Part shown: piece by piece, positions 59,438-64,000 of the stretch
Position numbering within the stretch: position 1 is the stretch's first letter
Layout: each line of letters opens with the position of its first letter
Assembly (NCBI GenBank): GCA_018659585.1
Contig: JABJMC010000022.1
Coordinates: 9,104 to 73,103, forward strand
DNA length: 64,000 nucleotides
DNA from: Candidatus Peregrinibacteria bacterium
GTDB taxonomy: Bacteria; Patescibacteriota; Gracilibacteria; UBA1369; UBA12473
Direction of reading: 5' to 3'
Translations under genes and position numbers: made by a program
The notes under the pieces: generated by a model
What the model saw: the letters and a program-made list of their open reading frames with translations, nothing else
Told to the model about the DNA's origin: nothing
Database searches by the model: none

Positions 59438-60259
59438 ATGCAAACTGGCCCAACCCAAGGCCGCCCCGATATTATCAGTCCTTGTCCTTTGCTTAGAGAG
59501 CAGTATCCGAACCGCAGGCAACCAGACACTCAATTACTCGAACCATCGGAACGAGATTATTTAGAAAGCCTAGAACCCGAACAACTAGAAGTTCTTATTC
59601 GCATGCTACAAGATCTTTCTATGAAAATTTTCAAGCATGTCCCAGACAATCCGCAAGAATTTAAATTTCCACCAACTGAAACAAACAAACGTCTATTGCC
59701 GCTATTTTTAAGAATTATGAAACCTCTCCAAGAACATCCTGATTATCGCCTTACCTGTCGTGATACTGTCGATCAACTAAAAATATTTGTTGAAAGAATC
59801 CGCACCAAAAAAAACGCCATTCAAGCCACCGAAGTCACCGCAGACCAACCACCAAAACCATCTTCCGCTGAAATCCGAGAAGAAGCCATTGAAAGCATGA
59901 AAAGAGCCAGCAAATTTCTTCAACAATCAGGTTTTCAACTCCCTAACCCCGACAACCATTTAGCCGTTAATCGTTATGCTTTGGCCTGCGTCGTATTAAT
60001 ACTAAGCCGCTTCCAAATCAGTGAAGTTACAAGCAAAAACATCCTAAATAACCCCACACCATCCTTACCTATCAGGTCGCAAGTCATAGAAAAAGCCATC
60101 ACAAATTTAGCTGAATTAATAGGTATGAGACCCATGCACCTCAAACTCGCCCTTGGAATTGGAATCCCAAACTCTATCGCCGGAACAGTTATTGTCGAAA
60201 AACGCAAACTAGTTGCTGGTAAAACACTACCTTTAATATCAACTCCTCCTAAAGAGTAA
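59438..60259 (+). CDS. Hypothetical protein
   Basis: 273-aa ORF, no motif recognised. Confidence 0.6.
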   Translation: MQTGPTQGRPDIISPCPLLREQYPNRRQPDTQLLEPSERDYLESLEPEQLEVLIRMLQDLSMKIFKHVPDNPQEFKFPPTETNKRLLPLFLRIMKPLQEHPDYRLTCRDTVDQLKIFVERIRTKKNAIQATEVTADQPPKPSSAEIREEAIESMKRASKFLQQSGFQLPNPDNHLAVNRYALACVVLILSRFQISEVTSKNILNNPTPSLPIRSQVIEKAITNLAELIGMRPMHLKLALGIGIPNSIAGTVIVEKRKLVAGKTLPLISTPPKE

Positions 60260-60262
60260 TTT

Positions 60263-61726
60263 TTAAGCCGCAATCGGCAACCTGAATTCAAATACCTTTG
60301 TCATACCTGGAGGGTTTATTGGCACATCCAATGAATCAACTTTTTCTATATCAGCACAAGGTGATTTCTGGATCCATAACCCAGATTCACCAACACGATG
60401 ATAAGAAGTTATTCGACCTCCGGCAGCTTGAATAATATCAGCGGTCCGAGCTAAACCAGTCCCCATCCCAAATTCCCCATCTTCGCTTTTGATACCTTCT
60501 TCAAATAATTTTTCTAACTGATCATCCTCAAAAGATTTTAAATTATCTGAAATTCTAAAAACAACCTCATTCCCATCCTGATAAATAAATAACTCTTGCT
60601 CGGCATCATCTTTCCCACTAATTCGTTTTACTTTCGCAAAATTAGAATAAAAAGTACGAAGAATACTTCTCACTCCTCCAATAGGACAATTAATTAAAAC
60701 ATCTTCATCATCAAGTTCAATTTTTTGGTTAGGAAAATTGTCACTATTATCGGAAATAGCTTCCATCAAAGATTGATTTTCCCAGAAACAATTAGAATCA
60801 CCTGTCTCACAATACTCCCCAAACGAAGCCAAAACATCTTTAATTCGAATTTGAGCCTCTCTTTTTAAGACCGAAGTCGAACCAGCTATTAAAACCTTAT
60901 GCACAATATTTTTTACATCATGAATGCAAATACTCAAAACAAATCCCGAACCATGTAATTCACCCAAAAGGCCTTCTAAACATTTTCTCCGACTAGCTTC
61001 TCCACTAGGAAAAGTTGCTTGCCAACAATCCACAAAAACACTATCTAAATCTCTCTCTAAATACCTGTCCAAAAGGCGCATTTCACGAAGAATTAATTTA
61101 GGCAATTCAACCCCAACATCCGGCGAAAGAACTTTACTCGGTTCGGCCGGCAAAACTCTAACTAATTCTTTTAAAGAACTACAACTTGCAAAAGGAGTAA
61201 CAAATTCATCCTCTTCAGACTCCTCAGGCTCTTCTATTTTTTTACTAACAGCACTCGGCTCTCTCCCTTCCAGGTGATCCAAAAGAGCGTTTAAACTCGC
61301 CATAAAATTCTTTACCCTAAATGGCTTATGCGCCGCCTCTATTTTTACTGACTCGTGACTAGGTCCTAATTTACTAATATATTCTTTTGGATCATAAGCC
61401 GAAGTAATAATCCACCCCGTATTCAGTTCTTGACGCTCCAAATAACCCAAAATTTCCTGAAAAGGAATTGTTCTTCTATGCAAAGTAACATCGGTTATCC
61501 AAAGCCGATGCCCTTCTTCTTCCAATAAACTTCTGACCTCATCAACGGTAGCCGCTTTTATGATTTCACCAACCCGATCGCCATAATAGTCACTTAAAAC
61601 TTGAACTAAAAAATCCATAACAACCTGCTCATCCTCAACCACACAAACATCAAAACGAACCTGATTTTCAGCCTCTGCTTCGGGCAGTGCATCTCTTTCT
61701 TCTCCCTCAGTCGGATCCAGAGTCAT
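60263..61726 (-). CDS. Receiver domain + degenerate histidine kinase/HATPase hybrid
   Basis: REC: VVEDE, WITDV, ITSAY, HKPF; H-box IHDVKN; ISDN; GMGTGLA..IIQAAGGRI. Confidence 0.7.
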   Translation of the reverse strand: MTLDPTEGEERDALPEAEAENQVRFDVCVVEDEQVVMDFLVQVLSDYYGDRVGEIIKAATVDEVRSLLEEEGHRLWITDVTLHRRTIPFQEILGYLERQELNTGWIITSAYDPKEYISKLGPSHESVKIEAAHKPFRVKNFMASLNALLDHLEGREPSAVSKKIEEPEESEEDEFVTPFASCSSLKELVRVLPAEPSKVLSPDVGVELPKLILREMRLLDRYLERDLDSVFVDCWQATFPSGEASRRKCLEGLLGELHGSGFVLSICIHDVKNIVHKVLIAGSTSVLKREAQIRIKDVLASFGEYCETGDSNCFWENQSLMEAISDNSDNFPNQKIELDDEDVLINCPIGGVRSILRTFYSNFAKVKRISGKDDAEQELFIYQDGNEVVFRISDNLKSFEDDQLEKLFEEGIKSEDGEFGMGTGLARTADIIQAAGGRITSYHRVGESGLWIQKSPCADIEKVDSLDVPINPPGMTKVFEFRLPIAA

Positions 61727-61802
61727 TTTGAATTATTATTTTTTTAAGAGTTAAATATAACAAAAAACTATCAATTGTCAAGCCTTCCTAACCTATTAAT
61801 GC

Positions 61803-62759
61803 CTAAAAAATCGTTTTCAAATCCGCGATCATTTCCAAAGCTGCAGCGCGAGACGCCTCGGCATATCCCTGATCACTTCCTGCAAAAATTATCCCTCGAG
61901 ATGAATTCACAATCGCCCCAAGGCCATCATCGTTAAAACAAGGACGAACATCTGCTGCGCCACCTCCCTGTGCTCCATATCCCGGGACTAAGAAAATCGA
62001 CTGTGGCAAATACTTACGGATTTCTGCGGCTTGTTTTGGATGAGTGGCGCCAACCACTGCCCCAACCGAGCTATAACCTGATTCACCCACTAAATCTGAT
62101 CCCCAACTCTCCACTAAATGTGACATCAGTTCGTAATTAGTCATTTTGCCCTCCTTTACCATCTGATCCTGCAAATCCCCAGAAGAAGGATTTGAAGTTT
62201 TTACTAACACAAAAATTCCTTTTCCAAACTCACGACAAGCTTCTACAAACGGTTTAATTCCATCGTAACCAAGGTAAGGCGTCACAGTTAAGGCATCCGC
62301 ATCCAAAGAAGGTAATTTTTCATCAAACAACTCTACTTCTCCCAAAAAAGTATTCGCATAACCCTGCGCTGTTGATCCAATATCATTTCTTTTGGCATCT
62401 GCCACCACAATTAAACCCTTTTTCTGCGCGTATTTACAAGTTTCCTCATAAGCCCACATTCCCCTAAACCCATACTGTTCATAAAAGGCAATTTGCGGTT
62501 TAACTACCGGCACAATCTCCTCCACGGCATCAATAATTCCAATATTAAATTCCAAAAAAGAATTGGCTGCAGCCTCAAAAGTTTCTCCAAACTTCTCAAT
62601 TTGTTTTTTCTTAATAAACTCTGGAATTTGTCCCAAACGTGGGTCCAACCCCACACACACTGGATTCCCTTTTTTCTTAACCGCGGCAATTAATTTGTCC
62701 GCAAAATTACTATTATCTTTTGGGACGGCTGAAAGTGAAACATCTACTTCTTGATTCAT
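61803..62759 (-). CDS. pyrF: Orotidine-5'-phosphate decarboxylase
   Basis: CVGLDP, VKPQIAFYE, DAKRNDIGST, LVPGYGAQGG, NSSRGI. Confidence 0.95.
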   Translation of the reverse strand: MNQEVDVSLSAVPKDNSNFADKLIAAVKKKGNPVCVGLDPRLGQIPEFIKKKQIEKFGETFEAAANSFLEFNIGIIDAVEEIVPVVKPQIAFYEQYGFRGMWAYEETCKYAQKKGLIVVADAKRNDIGSTAQGYANTFLGEVELFDEKLPSLDADALTVTPYLGYDGIKPFVEACREFGKGIFVLVKTSNPSSGDLQDQMVKEGKMTNYELMSHLVESWGSDLVGESGYSSVGAVVGATHPKQAAEIRKYLPQSIFLVPGYGAQGGGAADVRPCFNDDGLGAIVNSSRGIIFAGSDQGYAEASRAAALEMIADLKTIF

Positions 62760-62777
62760 AATTAATATATTTAAAAA

Positions 62778-63437
62778 TTAAAGACCAACCCTTTCTGCCC
62801 AAGTTGGAGGATCTTTTTTGAATTCTAGAATTACGGATTCGTCCTCTGGTTTTATTGAACCAATCTCCGCTGCCAAACCAATAATTGCCGCAAATCCAGT
62901 TAAATTTGTAAGTCTCAAACCAGCCGCGTCAAAACGATCCTCAGATTTTTGAAGTTCCCAAGAAACAATCGCAAAAATATCCGTTACTTCACATTGTCCT
63001 TCATCACGAACTGCCTCGGCAGCCGCCACGCTACTTCCTCCTGTAGAAATTAAATCCTCCACAATCAAAACTTTTTGTCCGGGTTTTAAATCTCCTTCAA
63101 TTTGCTTTCCAGCGCCATGTTCTTTTTTTTGTGGACGAATATAAACCATTGGCAAATTCATCTCATAAGCTAAAAATGCCGCCCAAGGGATCGCGGCTGT
63201 AGCAGTTCCTCCAAGAACATCTGGCATTTCCATTTCTCCAGATTCAACTCGCGCCTCAATTAATTGCTTCCAAGCCATGACCACCGCCTTGCGATGCTCA
63301 GGATAAGAAATTAAACGTCGGTTATCGCAATAAACCGGCGATTTAATGCCTGAAGTCCAGCTAAAGGGTGGATCCATCTTTACTTTCACTGCCTCAATAT
63401 CCAAAAGTTTTTCGGCAATAGTTTTAGAAAAATCCAT
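62778..63437 (-). CDS. pyrE: Orotate phosphoribosyltransferase
   Basis: F.WTSGIKSPVYCDNR, K.HGAGKQIEG, VEDLISTGGS. Confidence 0.95.
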   Translation of the reverse strand: MDFSKTIAEKLLDIEAVKVKMDPPFSWTSGIKSPVYCDNRRLISYPEHRKAVVMAWKQLIEARVESGEMEMPDVLGGTATAAIPWAAFLAYEMNLPMVYIRPQKKEHGAGKQIEGDLKPGQKVLIVEDLISTGGSSVAAAEAVRDEGQCEVTDIFAIVSWELQKSEDRFDAAGLRLTNLTGFAAIIGLAAEIGSIKPEDESVILEFKKDPPTWAERVGL

Positions 63438-63499
63438 GGTTTTTTTAGGTTAAAGTGTGCCGTGATAATAGCGATTTTTAACCTAGTTGGCTAGCTATT

Positions 63500-64000
63500 T
63501 TACCACTCCTGCTTCCTCCCCACTCTATCCCGATGATATTTACCAAATTCAACCTGTTCCCGCGCTAGTTTATGATCCATGACCGGACCTTTTAAACAAG
63601 TTGGCATGCCGCTTTCGTCAACAACGCACTGCCCACAAACTCCAAATCCACACTTCATATAGCGCTCCACACTTACCTGGCACGGAAGGTCATGTTTTAA
63701 AGCCAAATCCGAAACCGCGATCATCATCATTTCTGGTCCCACGGTTAACATTCGATCAACTTTTAACCCTTCATCCATTAATTTTTCAAGTAAAGGAACA
63801 TTGTAACCTTTGTGCCCCTCACTACCATCATCAGTTGCAACATGAACATTTGTGTCCGCTAACATCCCGGCCCGATTCAAAAACAATAAATTTTCTTTGT
63901 TGCGCGCTCCAACCACAAACTCCACTTTACAACCACGCTCCACCGCCTCATGTGCGAGGAAATAAAGCGGTGCCGCCCCATATCCTCCTCCAATTACCGC
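63500..64000 (-). CDS. pyrK: Dihydroorotate dehydrogenase electron-transfer subunit (5'-truncated by window)
   Basis: GGGYGAAP, TDDGS.G.KG, GPEMM, ERYMKCGFGVCGQC...C..GPV 2Fe-2S motif. Confidence 0.92.
   Translation of the reverse strand, partial: AVIGGGYGAAPLYFLAHEAVERGCKVEFVVGARNKENLLFLNRAGMLADTNVHVATDDGSEGHKGYNVPLLEKLMDEGLKVDRMLTVGPEMMMIAVSDLALKHDLPCQVSVERYMKCGFGVCGQCVVDESGMPTCLKGPVMDHKLAREQVEFGKYHRDRVGRKQEW

Overview
Core-genome region of a low-GC bacterium using standard code 11. It is most likely Patescibacteria/CPR and Peregrinibacteria-like (inference from: rpmD missing from the spc operon, almost no Shine-Dalgarno motifs, de novo pyr genes retained). Positions 1-13.9 kb hold a surface-glycan cluster: acetyltransferase, GT2 plus two SMR-like proteins, WecE, two sulfotransferases with CysQ, a GT2/GT4 protein with a 10x42-bp coiled-coil repeat, and a complete GDP-6-deoxy-manno-heptose pathway. 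These are followed by serS, rpoB-ssb-rpoC, the str/S10/spc/alpha ribosomal superoperon (24.5-49.4 kb), trmD, a P-type ATPase, rsmA, orphans and pyrF/pyrE/pyrK. The most unusual signals lie in intergenic insertions of the ribosomal cluster. (i) A 71-nt tRNA-like RNA after rpsG has a tmRNA-type G3.U70 acceptor, T-arm and encoded CCA but no mRNA-like domain; it is followed by a terminator and a duplicated arm. (ii) Two GC-rich small membrane-protein genes (rpsG-fusA and map-infA intervals) are each bracketed by their own 15-16-bp inverted repeat. (iii) There are structured leaders before rpoB, rpsJ (terminator/antiterminator) and rplC. No canonical tRNA, rRNA, CRISPR array, integrase or transposase was seen. 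All calls are from reading the sequence by eye; no searches were run.
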